64,000 nucleotides of DNA, taken from the NCBI GenBank assembly GCA_903883645.1, contig CAISBR010000168.1, positions 22,859 through 86,858 of the forward strand, in the 5' to 3' direction. Within the stretch, counting starts at the first letter, position 1. Every line of letters begins with the position of its first letter. The position numbers and the translations under genes are program-made. The DNA comes from an uncultured Myxococcales bacterium (GTDB taxonomy: Bacteria; Myxococcota_A; UBA9042). Shown here in pieces: positions 33,047 through 41,979 of this stretch. The notes beneath the pieces were generated by a model that did no database searches, had not been told where the DNA came from, and worked only from the letters and a program-made list of their open reading frames with translations.

Positions 33047-33183
33047 GGTGCGGGCACTCAGCAAACGATCCTTGTTCGCATGGGCGAGGGTACGCCCCGC
33101 GTGCGGCGGCGGCAAGGTGCTCAAACGGCTGCAAGAACGGCTGCTAGCGCGCCTTCGTCACGGCTTGCGACCTGTCGCGGGGG

Positions 33184-35382
33184 CTAGTACAGCTTATCGA
33201 AGCGAATTGTCGGTCGCACACTTAGGGCCAGCGTGCCCAGGGTCACGGCGATGCGGTCGGCGCCCCAGCCGTTCTTGGGCGGCAGCCACGTGCGCGAGCA
33301 TAGGCCGCTGCTGTCGCAGGTGGTTGGGCCGGCCCAGCTGCCCTTGGCGCCGGTGCTGAGCTCGATGGTGGTCGCAACCCCCTGCTGCGGCTTGGCACTT
33401 TTGCTGTAGGCCTGCGCCGTCACTTGTACCTTGGCGCTGAGTTCGCCGCTGTTGACCCAGCGTGACGAAACGGTGACAAGCGCGGGCTCGTCGATCACCA
33501 GCAGCTTGCCGGTCGCGGGCGCCACCAGCACTTGGTCGTACCCCGAGGGCCAGTGCACGATCAGCTGCTGCACGTTCCAACTCGCGGGAATTCCAAAGTG
33601 TACCGTGGGCAAGTTGCTGGTTTGGGTCGGCCCTTGCCCCGTGACCGGCGCCACCAGCGTGCGCACATCCGTCACCAGCTCGATGCGGGCACCAATGCCC
33701 CACACATTGCTGGTATGGCCGCGCAACTGCACTTGCAGCCACGTATTTGGCGCCTGCAGGTCGTTGCGGTACAGCGCCGGTTGCTCGCCCTGGCCGCCCG
33801 CAAACAGGTCGAGATCGCCGTCGCCATCCACATCGGCCAGCGACAATGACCGCCCCGAGCGCATCACCGGCAGGCCATACTGCTCGCTGACCTCAACGTA
33901 GTGCTCGCCGTCAAGATTGCGGAACAGCACCGGCCGCATACCCCCCTCGTCGGCCAGCAGCATCTTGCTAAAGTTCTCGGAGTTGCTTACAAAAACATCG
34001 ATCCAGCCATCGCCATCGTAGTCGAAAAGCCCCATCGACCAGCCGGTCATCGCTTGCCCGGTCTGGCTTACTCCCCACGCTAGGCCCGCCAAGATGCCAT
34101 TTTCTTGATAGCTGCCATCGGCTTGGGCCAGTAGTAAGTGATTGGCTCCATTGTCGTATTTTAGCGCGAGCGACGGGTCAGCCTTGGCTTGCTCGACTGT
34201 CGTGCCCATCGCATACAGGTCGTGCAGACCCACATCCGACGCGACGATATCGAGCAGCCCGTCGCCGTTCATGTCGGCCACCGCGGCGCCCATCGGCGTG
34301 CCCCCCTTGGGCGACGGCGCCACAAACACCGGCGGCAGGTCTTGGAACATAAAGCGCGGCGAGGCATCGAGGCCTTTATTTTGCAAATGGACGTTACCCT
34401 TGGCCGGCGGGCAGCCCTCGTGGCCCACCAGCAGGTCGATCTGGCGATCGGCGTCGAGGTCGACGGGGAGGGCGAACCAAAACGACGAGTAGTGGCCGAT
34501 ACCCAAACTCAGTGTTTCGTCAGCGTAAGTGTGATTGCCCTGGTTGACAAAACCGCGCAGGTGCGAGGTCGCGGTACACGAGTACTCGGCCACCAGCACA
34601 TCGAGCAGGCCGTCGCTGTCGAGGTCGGCGGTCGACACATGCTGCGCCTTGGCCTGCAAGCTCAGCTCAAAGCCGCGCTCCTTGCTCTGGTCGACATACG
34701 TCTCGGACTTGGTGCGCACCATGAAGTAGATCTTGCCGCCGCCTAAGATGATTTCGGGGTAGCCGTCGCCGTCTTCGTCCGTAACGGCCAGCGAGGTCAG
34801 GCCGGGCTCCTTGCTGGTCAGCAGCGGCGCGTCGTACCACTTCCAGGGCGATAGGCCGCGGCCCCAATAGGCATGGCTGTCGCCGTCGAGCACCACGTAA
34901 TCGAGCACGCCATCTTTGTCGAGATCGGCAAAAAGCCCAGCGCTCGACCACGCTTCGAGCATCTTGCCTTTGTCCGCGGCGATCACGGGTAGGGCGATGC
35001 CCACTTGCGGCCAGACGTTGACGAACGTGCCAGTCGCGTAGGTGGGCGGCGGTGGCTTGGTGGCATCAACTGCAGAATCTGCCGCATTTCCAGCATCTTC
35101 AACCTCTTCGGCTGCATCTGCGGCCTCGGCCTGGCTGGCAGTGGCGTCTGCGGCGACGTAGGCAACTGCGGATGCGTCGGCCGGCAACACCGCCGCAGTA
35201 GCTTCCACAGCGTCTGCAACTTGCGCAGGGGCGTCGGCGGCTAGGTCCGCGCTGGAGGCCTTGGCGTCTTTTTGTATTGTTGCGGATACCGAGGTGGCAG
35301 GGCTGCCACAAGCCCCAAGCCCGCACGCCAGCGCAGCCGCGACAAGGTATCGAATTACATCGTAAAGGGCGCGTTTCGGCAT
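33184..35382 (-). CDS. CRTAC1-family lipoprotein (FG-GAP/VCBS repeats plus ASPIC/UnbV C-terminal domain)
   Basis: The lipobox is ..LVAAALACGLGACGS. FG-GAP-type Ca-binding loops are present (DLDSDGLLDVLV, DMNGDGLLDIV, DYDGDGWIDVFV, DVDGDGDLDLFA). The C-terminal ..HWPSGYDQVL.. domain is UnbV_ASPIC-like. Confidence 0.8.
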   Translation of the reverse strand: MPKRALYDVIRYLVAAALACGLGACGSPATSVSATIQKDAKASSADLAADAPAQVADAVEATAAVLPADASAVAYVAADATASQAEAADAAEEVEDAGNAADSAVDATKPPPPTYATGTFVNVWPQVGIALPVIAADKGKMLEAWSSAGLFADLDKDGVLDYVVLDGDSHAYWGRGLSPWKWYDAPLLTSKEPGLTSLAVTDEDGDGYPEIILGGGKIYFMVRTKSETYVDQSKERGFELSLQAKAQHVSTADLDSDGLLDVLVAEYSCTATSHLRGFVNQGNHTYADETLSLGIGHYSSFWFALPVDLDADRQIDLLVGHEGCPPAKGNVHLQNKGLDASPRFMFQDLPPVFVAPSPKGGTPMGAAVADMNGDGLLDIVASDVGLHDLYAMGTTVEQAKADPSLALKYDNGANHLLLAQADGSYQENGILAGLAWGVSQTGQAMTGWSMGLFDYDGDGWIDVFVSNSENFSKMLLADEGGMRPVLFRNLDGEHYVEVSEQYGLPVMRSGRSLSLADVDGDGDLDLFAGGQGEQPALYRNDLQAPNTWLQVQLRGHTSNVWGIGARIELVTDVRTLVAPVTGQGPTQTSNLPTVHFGIPASWNVQQLIVHWPSGYDQVLVAPATGKLLVIDEPALVTVSSRWVNSGELSAKVQVTAQAYSKSAKPQQGVATTIELSTGAKGSWAGPTTCDSSGLCSRTWLPPKNGWGADRIAVTLGTLALSVRPTIRFDKLY

Positions 35383-35705
35383 TCCGCACGGGTCCGATTT
35401 GGGTTCGAGATTCGACCATTCTACGGGTGAAGCCTGCGCTGCCACAACTTCGCCGGCCCGATTTCGCGCGGCCACTCGCGGTGCTTACCTCGCCGTGGCA
35501 TGCTGATCGTGATCGGCAAGGGCGTCGGTGGGGCAGCAAGCGGATGCAAATGCGGCACGTAAGGCAGATGGCGGTTGATCTGGTGGCCCTGGCGCGGCGC
35601 CGGCGGGCGCTGTGGATCTTGCCGGTGCTGGTGCTGCTGCTGGTGGCCAGCGTCTTGCTCGCCGGTGGACAGGTCGCAACCCCTTTCTTGTACACGATTT
35701 TTTAG

Positions 35706-36845
35706 ATGGCGAACTTGCCCCGCTGGGTCGAGAGGCTGCTGGCTGGCGTGCGCGCTGCTGCGGCGCTAGTTGCGGGCTATGCGGCGCTCTCGCTCGCAGT
35801 GCGGATTGGTCTGGCGAGCTTGCGCCTGCACGCCGTGGTGCCGTGGCTGCGAGTGACGCTGCTGAACAGCACGATTCTGCTGGGGGTCTCGGCCGTGCTG
35901 CTGCTGTGGCTGTTGCGACCCGAGGCGGGCTTCGACCGCAGTCAGCGCCAGCGCCTGGGGATGCTGGCGACGTTGCTGCCACTGCTGGCGCTCACGATCG
36001 CGGCATTGGGGTGCAAGCCGCTGGCCAGTCTTGGGATTTTGGCGCCTTACATCCACGCCGATACAGGGCGCCTGGGCTTTGCGCCGCGGCACTGCTATCG
36101 CGAGCGGCGGGGCCAGTCGGCAACGGTGACGCTCTGCACCGACGAGCACGGCGAGCGGGCCGCGGCCACAGCGGGGCAGGGGCCCGCACAATCCATCGTT
36201 CTTCTGGGTGATTCCTTTGTCTTTGGCAGTGGCGTGGCCGACGACCATACCTTGGCGTCCCAGCTGGCCCGCGCGTTGGCCGCGACTGGACCACAGCACA
36301 CTTGGCAAATCGACAATGCCGGCTTCCCAGGTCTAGGATTCACAAGCTATGTCAAGCAATTACGCAGCCGCTTGCCGAGTAGCAGGCCCGCGGTGGTCGT
36401 GCTCGGCTTTAACGCTGGCAACGACTTGGACCCCGCCGATACCTGGCAACGGCTCGAGCAACTTGGTGATCATCTTGTACTTTTGTCGGCAGTGCTGGGC
36501 GTAGAAGGCGACCTGTATCCGCTTGAGCAAGCCGACGAGGCGGTGTGGCGCGACGAGACCAAGATCCCGCCGGCGATCTTGCAGCGCTTTGACGATAGCC
36601 TTGTGCAACTACTTGCCATGCAAGGTCAATATGGTTTTCGCTTGCTGATTTGGAGCTATTACGGGCCGGTCAAGCTGTTCGACAAGGCTGTCGCCGCGGG
36701 GCACGCCCAGGTGGCGTGGCCCCAGCAGGTCAACTGGAGTAGCGAGCCGCAGCTACACATTGTGGGCGACGGGCACCCGACCGCGGCGGCGAACTATCTT
36801 TTTGCGCAACAGCTCGCTCGACTCATCGTCGAAACGCCCCGTTAG
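35706..36845 (+). CDS. Membrane-anchored SGNH/GDSL-family hydrolase
   Basis: About 4 N-terminal TM helices are followed by a GDSL block (LLGDSFVFGSG) and a C-terminal ..DGHP.. motif. The stop lies inside the first unit of the 19-bp tandem repeat. Confidence 0.7.
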   Translation: MANLPRWVERLLAGVRAAAALVAGYAALSLAVRIGLASLRLHAVVPWLRVTLLNSTILLGVSAVLLLWLLRPEAGFDRSQRQRLGMLATLLPLLALTIAALGCKPLASLGILAPYIHADTGRLGFAPRHCYRERRGQSATVTLCTDEHGERAAATAGQGPAQSIVLLGDSFVFGSGVADDHTLASQLARALAATGPQHTWQIDNAGFPGLGFTSYVKQLRSRLPSSRPAVVVLGFNAGNDLDPADTWQRLEQLGDHLVLLSAVLGVEGDLYPLEQADEAVWRDETKIPPAILQRFDDSLVQLLAMQGQYGFRLLIWSYYGPVKLFDKAVAAGHAQVAWPQQVNWSSEPQLHIVGDGHPTAAANYLFAQQLARLIVETPR

Positions 36846-36917
36846 CCAGAACTAGCGCTGTTAGCCAGAACTAGCGCTGTTAGCCAGAACTAGCGCTGTT
36901 AGCCAGAACTAGCGCTG
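36842..36917. repeat. Perfect tandem repeat: 4 x 19 bp (TTAGCCAGAACTAGCGCTG) between convergent genes
   Basis: Read directly as gTTAGCCAGAACTAGCGCTG x4 then ccc. Each unit contains the palindromes CTAG and AGCGCT. The repeat spans the stop of the SGNH gene and ends 6 nt before the stop of the small minus-strand ORF. Confidence 0.8.
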
Positions 36918-36922
36918 CCCGG

Positions 36923-37195
36923 CTACTTGGGCGCGGCGCTGCAGCTCAGGCAACCCTTGGCGCAGTCTACCTTATCGCCTGGGCGCAGCGAGCATTGCGC
37001 CACGTCGAGCGTGCCCGACTTGGCCCACGGCGAGCGCTTGGTCTGCTCGAACAACACATCGGCGCTGCGACCATCGGCGGGGCACACGACGCGTTGCTGG
37101 AACAAGACCTTGGATGCCGCGATGAATAAGGCGACCAGCAAGGCGCCGAAAGTGGCTAAAGCTAGAGCGTAAAAGGGTACGAAGCTGCCGTCCAT
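36923..37195 (-). CDS. Small (90 aa) single-TM protein with a C-terminal Cys cluster (CPADG...C...DCAKGCLSCS), hypothetical
   Basis: It is the internal ATG start within the ORF-track entry 36923..37969. The product is MDGSFVPFYALALATFGALLVALFIAASK.., and GGGAGGG lies 8 nt upstream. The rest of the 348 aa ORF is Arg-rich and out of frame with the tauE-like gene. Confidence 0.5.
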   Translation of the reverse strand: MDGSFVPFYALALATFGALLVALFIAASKVLFQQRVVCPADGRSADVLFEQTKRSPWAKSGTLDVAQCSLRPGDKVDCAKGCLSCSAAPK

Positions 37196-37356
37196 GGTGT
37201 TGCCCTCCCAGTGGCTGTTTGAACGCCTAGCCATGTCGCGGCCAAGCCGAACCGCGACGCAGCAACCAGACGCCATCGCCTGCACTATAGGCCTTCGTGC
37301 CGTTTCGCACACGCAGAAAGTGCCATGTTTTTGTCGGTTGCGGTGCGTCGCGCTGT

Positions 37357-38124
37357 CTAGCCGCCCGTAGCGGCCTTGGCGAAGAAAACGGCGGAGGTGA
37401 TAGTGCCCATGGCGACCACCGCCCACCGGACCCAGCGCGGATCGACGCGTCGCGACCAGCGTGCCCCCGCGTAGCCGCCCACCACCGAGCCCACCACCAT
37501 GGTCATCGCGGGTAGCCAGTGCACCGCACCCGACGCGGCAAATAGGATGATGGCCACGCCGTTGATGAGTGACCCGAGGATGCTTTTTAGCCCGTTGGCC
37601 GCGTGGATGTCGCGGATGCCGGCCAGGGCAAAGCCGGCGAGCATCAAGATGCCCATGCCGCCGCCAAAGTAGCCGCCGTACACGGCGATGCCCAGTTGCA
37701 AGCCGGCGAGCCACAAGGGCTTGTCGAGCCGCCCGCCTGACCAGCTGCGCAAGCGCGGCACCAGCCAGGGCGACACGGCAAAAAGCAAGGTGGCGATGGC
37801 TAGCAACCATGGAACCAGCAACAGAAATGTGCTGTCGTTGGTGCGCAGAAGCAGCCAGCCGCCCAGACCGCCGCCCACCAGCGAGGCTACGCCTAGCCAC
37901 GGCAAGCGGGCGCGCTCTTGGCCCAAGACGCCGCGAAATCCCCAAGAACTGCCTAATGTTCCTGGCCAAAGGGCCACGGTGTTGGTGGCGTTGGCGTCGA
38001 CGGCAGGCAAGCCGAGCCAGACGAGCGTGGGGAAGGTGACGAAGCTGCCCCCGCCGGCCACAGCATTCATCGCGCCGCCTAACACTGCGGAGGTAAAGAG
38101 TAAGATGGCATGCAGAAGGGTCAA
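37357..38124 (-). CDS. TauE/SafE-family (DUF81) anion exporter membrane protein
   Basis: The 255 aa product has about 8 TM helices and Gly-rich motifs (AVAGGGSFVTFP, GIAVYGGYFGGGMGILMLAG). Confidence 0.8.
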   Translation of the reverse strand: MTLLHAILLFTSAVLGGAMNAVAGGGSFVTFPTLVWLGLPAVDANATNTVALWPGTLGSSWGFRGVLGQERARLPWLGVASLVGGGLGGWLLLRTNDSTFLLLVPWLLAIATLLFAVSPWLVPRLRSWSGGRLDKPLWLAGLQLGIAVYGGYFGGGMGILMLAGFALAGIRDIHAANGLKSILGSLINGVAIILFAASGAVHWLPAMTMVVGSVVGGYAGARWSRRVDPRWVRWAVVAMGTITSAVFFAKAATGG

Positions 38125-38139
38125 AGTGGGGCGCCTGCT

Positions 38140-39894
38140 TTACAGCGCATCGCGCTCAGTGGCGCGGCGCCTTTCAGTCTGCCATTGCAGGGCCTGGGCG
38201 CGAAGACAAACATCAAGAAGTTGCAGGATCTCGCCCCGGTAGCGCCCCGGCCGATCCCAGCGCAGCGCTTGCCCGAGCAGCTCGAATGCCGGGCCGTGGC
38301 GACCCCGCTCCGCCTCGACCCAGGCCAGGCTGTATAGCGACCGCACATGCCTAGGATGAATTTGCAGTGCGGCCCGATAGGCCTGCAGCGCTAGCACGGG
38401 GTCGCCCTGGGCGTGGGTCGCATCGCCCAGCACACACCACAAGTCGGGCGAATAGTTCGGATTTTGCTCAAGGGCGTGCATGGCGACGACTTGCGCGATG
38501 TCGGCGCGGCCCAAGCGGTCGAGCGCGATGCGCGCCGCCTCTAGGTGCAGGGTCCAATCGGTCGGTTCAAGAGCAATCGCCTGCCGCACGCCCTCGAGTG
38601 CCGAGGCGGGGTCGGTCTGCTGCAGCGCGGCGTCGAGTACGGCTTGGGCACCATCGACCGCATGGGCATCAAATACGTGGGCAAACGCCGCCTCGGTGGC
38701 CGCAAGGTCGCCCCGCAGCAGCAACCGCGAACCTTGGCCGCGCCCCCCATCGTGCGCAGGAGCCAGCAGCCGCAGCCCGGGCAGCGCCAAGCCGGCCACA
38801 AAGAACTGGTCGATTGCTCGCAAATTGACTGCAGAAGCTGTGACTTGGGCGTAATGCGCATGGCCGCGCGGGTGCCCGGCTTGTTCCGCCGTTGTCAGCG
38901 CCACATCGCGCACTAGGGCGACGCCGGTGGGGGCCAAGATCTGCGACAAACCGAGCAACGCCCGCAGCGCACCGGCTGAGTGCACCACCACTGTGCCGTC
39001 GTGCAGCAGCTCGTGGCCAGCTCCAAGGTCCTGCTCTTGCCGGTCTGCCCATTGCTCAAGCAGCGCCAAGTCGGGGTGATTGCTCAGATCGACGGACCAC
39101 GCCCGCAGCTCTTGCTGCACCAGATTCCAAGCGTCGGTAAGGGGCGCCAGGTCTTGCCCGTCGGGCGCGGCGGCCAGGGTCTGCAGATCCGCGACCGTCG
39201 CATCGGTGTAGGCCGCCAGCTGGCGCGGATCGCGCAGCCAGGTGCGCACCAGCACCGCTTCCCAACGGGTCGTGTCGCCCTGGCGCAGCCGGCGAAAAAC
39301 ATCGACTGTAAGAAGATCAAGCACATACAGCGCAATCGCGAAATGGACTTGTCCGGCTAGGTCCAGGCGCTCGCCCGTGTCGAGCTCGACGAAAGCGCGC
39401 GGATTTTCGATATCGAGAAAGCCGAAGCGCAGGTGGGCGCTATGGCCGGCAAACAGACCGCGATCCACGGCCTGCCGCGCCACGGCCGCACTGACATCGG
39501 TAGCCAAGACCTGCAGCCGCTCGTACCAGTCGACCGCGGCCTGCTGGCATTTTTCGGCAAAGGCATCGAGCACATAGCGCAGGTGCAGACCCGTGCCGAT
39601 CCCAAATTCGCACACCAAGATCTGCGCGGGCAGGGTACCCGCGGCCTCGTGATCTTGGCACCACGCGAACAGCACAGCGGCCGTGCGCTGCGACATCGCC
39701 CCATTGTCGTGGATGAGGTGGGGGACGGTTTCGTCGGCGAATAGGTCGGCCGCACCGGGCTGCCAAGCCAGCCGACCCACGCGCCAAGCCAGGCAGCGAG
39801 CCAGCGGCGCCCAATCTTCGAGCAGGAGCCGGTCCGTTGCAGATTCCATAACAGTTTCGGAGGTCTGGCTGGTCTCTGCCAAGGAACTGGTCAT
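38140..39894 (-). CDS. Putative MidA/NDUFAF7-like SAM-dependent methyltransferase fused to C-terminal TPR repeats
   Basis: The N-terminal ..ILVCEFGIGTGLHLRYVLDAF.. resembles the MidA Gly-rich SAM motif (E-F/L-G-x-G-x-G). The C-terminal ~150 aa are TPR-like (..ALQAYRAALQIHPRHVRSLYSLAWVEAERG..). Function is inferred. Confidence 0.65.
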   Translation of the reverse strand: MTSSLAETSQTSETVMESATDRLLLEDWAPLARCLAWRVGRLAWQPGAADLFADETVPHLIHDNGAMSQRTAAVLFAWCQDHEAAGTLPAQILVCEFGIGTGLHLRYVLDAFAEKCQQAAVDWYERLQVLATDVSAAVARQAVDRGLFAGHSAHLRFGFLDIENPRAFVELDTGERLDLAGQVHFAIALYVLDLLTVDVFRRLRQGDTTRWEAVLVRTWLRDPRQLAAYTDATVADLQTLAAAPDGQDLAPLTDAWNLVQQELRAWSVDLSNHPDLALLEQWADRQEQDLGAGHELLHDGTVVVHSAGALRALLGLSQILAPTGVALVRDVALTTAEQAGHPRGHAHYAQVTASAVNLRAIDQFFVAGLALPGLRLLAPAHDGGRGQGSRLLLRGDLAATEAAFAHVFDAHAVDGAQAVLDAALQQTDPASALEGVRQAIALEPTDWTLHLEAARIALDRLGRADIAQVVAMHALEQNPNYSPDLWCVLGDATHAQGDPVLALQAYRAALQIHPRHVRSLYSLAWVEAERGRHGPAFELLGQALRWDRPGRYRGEILQLLDVCLRAQALQWQTERRRATERDAL

Positions 39895-39917
39895 GATACC
39901 TCCGCGCCCGGTAGCTG

Positions 39918-41936
39918 CTACTGGCGGACGATCACCCGCGTTGAACCCGTATTGCCCGCGTCGTCCGTCACTGTAATCAGCAGGGTGTGCTGGCCCTGGT
40001 CGATGCTTGCCGGCAGCTCGAGCTCAAAAGCCTCTGAAAGACCGTCGAACACACCGTCTTTCGCAGAGGCGAGCTGGGTGGGATCGCCGTCGAGCGAGAC
40101 ATCGATGTGCACGATGCGTGACACCGCGTCGGTCGCCACGCCGCTGAGCAGGTGACCCGACACGCTGGCCGTGACCTCAGGCCGACCGCGATCGACCAAG
40201 AACGGCTTGGAGATCCGTGCCGTGGCGCGTCCTGACTTGCTGCCGTTGATGAGCTCGTCGCTGACCTCGACCCGCACCTCATACCAACCGTCGGGCATAT
40301 CTGTTGGGCTTAACTCCATAGTTTTCTTGTCGTACCAGCGGTCGTGCAGATGCAGCCACTGCTTGCCGCCGCGCGGCCGGTAGGTCACTTTGAACGCCAG
40401 CGGATCACCATCGGGGTCTTCAGCCGTCCACGACAGCGCCACCGTGCCCTTCGCCTTGTTGATCACCGAGTCGATCTTGGTGACCAGCGGCGCGCGATTG
40501 ATGACCTGCCGATAGGCGCGCAACTCGACCAGCCGGGCGCGCTCGCCGTCGAGCTTGACGCGAACCTGCAAGAAATTGGCGGCCGGGCTCTGGATTTGGC
40601 CGTTCTTGGCCTGCGCCCACTCGCTCCACGTGTCGGACGGCGGGTCGGTAAAGCCAGAGCGCGTCTCGATCGTCAGGTTGCCCTCGCCCACCGATTCGAT
40701 GCGGCCCCACTGGGCAATGCCGGTCTCGCTGAGCACCTCAGACGTAAAGACCGCCGGGCCCTCGCCTTGGCCGACCGCATAGACCGCCGCCGACTTGCCG
40801 GTAAACAGCAACTGCGGGCCCTTGCTGCCCAACTCGATGCCCAGGATCTCCTCTTCTTTCACGTCGAACAGGCTTTGCACGTCGCCAAAATCGTCGCCGA
40901 TGACTACGCGACCGCCGCGGGCCGCGCTGGCGTAGATCGCTTTGCCCTGAACGCCGATCTCGCTGATCATGCCCTCGGGCGAAACGAAAAGCCGGCTGAC
41001 TGTGCCGTCGTCGCCGCGCCGCCAAACGGCGCCTTTGCCCTTTGCTTGTGCCTCTTTGCCAGCCTTGTTGGCCGACGCGACCTTCGCTACCGGGCCGGTG
41101 CCAGGGCGGTCGGCGGTGGGCTTCTGGTTGGCCATGGCTGCGGCGGTTTGCCCGCCGTTGACCGCGACGTACCAGGCCTTGCCAACGCGCGCGATGCTGC
41201 GCACCTCGATGCCAGGGAAGCTTGCAATCGCTTTGGCATTTTTCTCGCCATCGATACGCAATAGTAGGGCGCTGTCAGACGTGCCGGCGTAGAGTGCGTC
41301 GCCGCCGTCTTGCAGCGCGGTGACGTGGTCGGCGCCGGTCTCAGCCCAAACCTTGGCGGTCTTGGCCGCGATGTCGATCGCGAAAACCTTGCCGCCGGGC
41401 CCAGTTGCTGCGAACAGCGTGCTGCCCTTGACCACCAGTGCCCACACGTGCTGGGCCTCGAGCTTGACGAGCGATTCCACTTTGCCGTCGCCGCTAATGC
41501 GCACGACCTCGCCGCTGCCGATGAGGCCCGCGTAGACGCCGCCTTTGCCGTCGAGGGCGAGCGAGGCGACGAGCGGCGCGTCGACCTTGGCCACTTCGCG
41601 AACCTTGCCGGCCTCGTAAACGAAGACCTTGCCTTGCAAACCCGTGCCCAGCCACACTTTTTGGCCGTCGCGCAGCCAGCAATGGATGAACTCGGCGTCA
41701 ACCTCGCTGCGCTGGAGCTTGGGCGCAACCGTCAAGCCGAGCGTGGGGTGCAGCGCCAGGCCTTCTAAGTTGCCGCGGCGAAAGTCGTTGTCGTCGGCCC
41801 AGGTCCACAGCCCGGGCTGGCTGGCGTGGGCACGGACTGCGGGCAGCAGTACTGCCGGCACCACAGCGAGCAGCGCCGGGGCGAGCAGCGACAGGGCCAG
41901 CGTCCGCGCGCTGTGGGCAAAACTCGTCAAAGTCAT
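39918..41936 (-). CDS. Secreted beta-propeller protein with C-terminal Fn3/Ig-like domains, hypothetical
   Basis: A signal peptide (MTLTSFAHSARTLALSLLAPALLAVVPAVLLPAVRAHA) is followed by repeated ..GG.VYAG../..G.LFAATG.GGKVFAID.. beta-strand units. The tail has Ig-like segments (..VTYRPRGGKQWLHL..). Confidence 0.7.
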   Translation of the reverse strand: MTLTSFAHSARTLALSLLAPALLAVVPAVLLPAVRAHASQPGLWTWADDNDFRRGNLEGLALHPTLGLTVAPKLQRSEVDAEFIHCWLRDGQKVWLGTGLQGKVFVYEAGKVREVAKVDAPLVASLALDGKGGVYAGLIGSGEVVRISGDGKVESLVKLEAQHVWALVVKGSTLFAATGPGGKVFAIDIAAKTAKVWAETGADHVTALQDGGDALYAGTSDSALLLRIDGEKNAKAIASFPGIEVRSIARVGKAWYVAVNGGQTAAAMANQKPTADRPGTGPVAKVASANKAGKEAQAKGKGAVWRRGDDGTVSRLFVSPEGMISEIGVQGKAIYASAARGGRVVIGDDFGDVQSLFDVKEEEILGIELGSKGPQLLFTGKSAAVYAVGQGEGPAVFTSEVLSETGIAQWGRIESVGEGNLTIETRSGFTDPPSDTWSEWAQAKNGQIQSPAANFLQVRVKLDGERARLVELRAYRQVINRAPLVTKIDSVINKAKGTVALSWTAEDPDGDPLAFKVTYRPRGGKQWLHLHDRWYDKKTMELSPTDMPDGWYEVRVEVSDELINGSKSGRATARISKPFLVDRGRPEVTASVSGHLLSGVATDAVSRIVHIDVSLDGDPTQLASAKDGVFDGLSEAFELELPASIDQGQHTLLITVTDDAGNTGSTRVIVRQ

Positions 41937-41979
41937 GGGTTCCTCTGCGTAAGGTGCCAAAAAGCTTGAGTTTATCTGA

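Noticed and set aside
36923-37969. 348 aa minus-strand ORF as listed
   Set aside because: The upstream ~258 codons are Arg-rich and overlap the well-supported tauE-like gene in another frame. Only the last 90 codons (36923..37195) are kept as a probable real small gene.
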